64,000 nucleotides of DNA from an uncultured Bacteroidales bacterium (GTDB lineage: Bacteria > Bacteroidota > Bacteroidia > Bacteroidales > WCHB1-69). How positions within the stretch are numbered: the stretch's first letter is position 1; each line of letters starts with the position of its first letter. The position numbers and the translations under genes are program-made. Positions 62,806-64,000 of the stretch are shown one piece after another. The notes beneath the pieces are model-generated. The model was not told the origin of the DNA. It made no database searches and worked only from the letters and a program-made list of their open reading frames with translations. The DNA is taken from the NCBI GenBank assembly GCA_947165685.1, contig CAMVBK010000001.1, positions 64,735-128,734 on the forward strand, read 5' to 3'.

Positions 62806-64000
<1,195 letters not shown>

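Overview
Chromosomal window from a Bacteroidales-type genome. Supporting signs are many TAnnTTTG -7 promoter boxes, no Shine-Dalgarno use, many lipoproteins and type IX secretion genes. The genus cannot be determined from the sequence alone.

Almost the whole window is coding. Housekeeping genes:
- nrnA-like DHH phosphoesterase, three tandem FKBP isomerases, tex
- recJ, dnaA, pcm, a PurF-like amidotransferase, murG, hemW, hydE
- hbd and crt, an ECF sigma / anti-sigma / LTXXQ module, a transketolase C-terminal subunit
- recQ, tnaA, dnaN, RNase P RNA, yraN, parC, a RecD/Pif1-like helicase, tRNA-Val, gltX (truncated at the window end)

The main system is a complete porP-porK-porL-porM-porN (gldKLMN-type) T9SS core operon at 28718-34671. 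It is preceded by an unassigned ~1150-aa predicted outer-membrane barrel gene. It is followed by a degenerate HldD-like epimerase homolog.

An accessory-looking segment (44.8-52.3 kb) contains:
- an IS5-family element flanked by perfect 37-bp direct repeats
- two large T9SS-CTD cargo genes: a beta-helix/Ig-repeat protein and a C10 cysteine protease
- a small radical-SAM activase gene whose start overlaps the protease stop codon

Other observations from direct reading:
- Several intergenic spacers are built from heptamer-type tandem repeats that put stop codons in all six frames.
- The -7 promoter box has a consistent GC-rich 3' extension.
- The PurF paralog lacks the Cys1 nucleophile.
- Very long antisense ORFs are explained by codon bias.

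No CRISPR array, prophage, integrase or recognisable defence system was seen. Family calls rest on motif recognition by eye, because no searches could be run. Start codons are often uncertain by a few codons.
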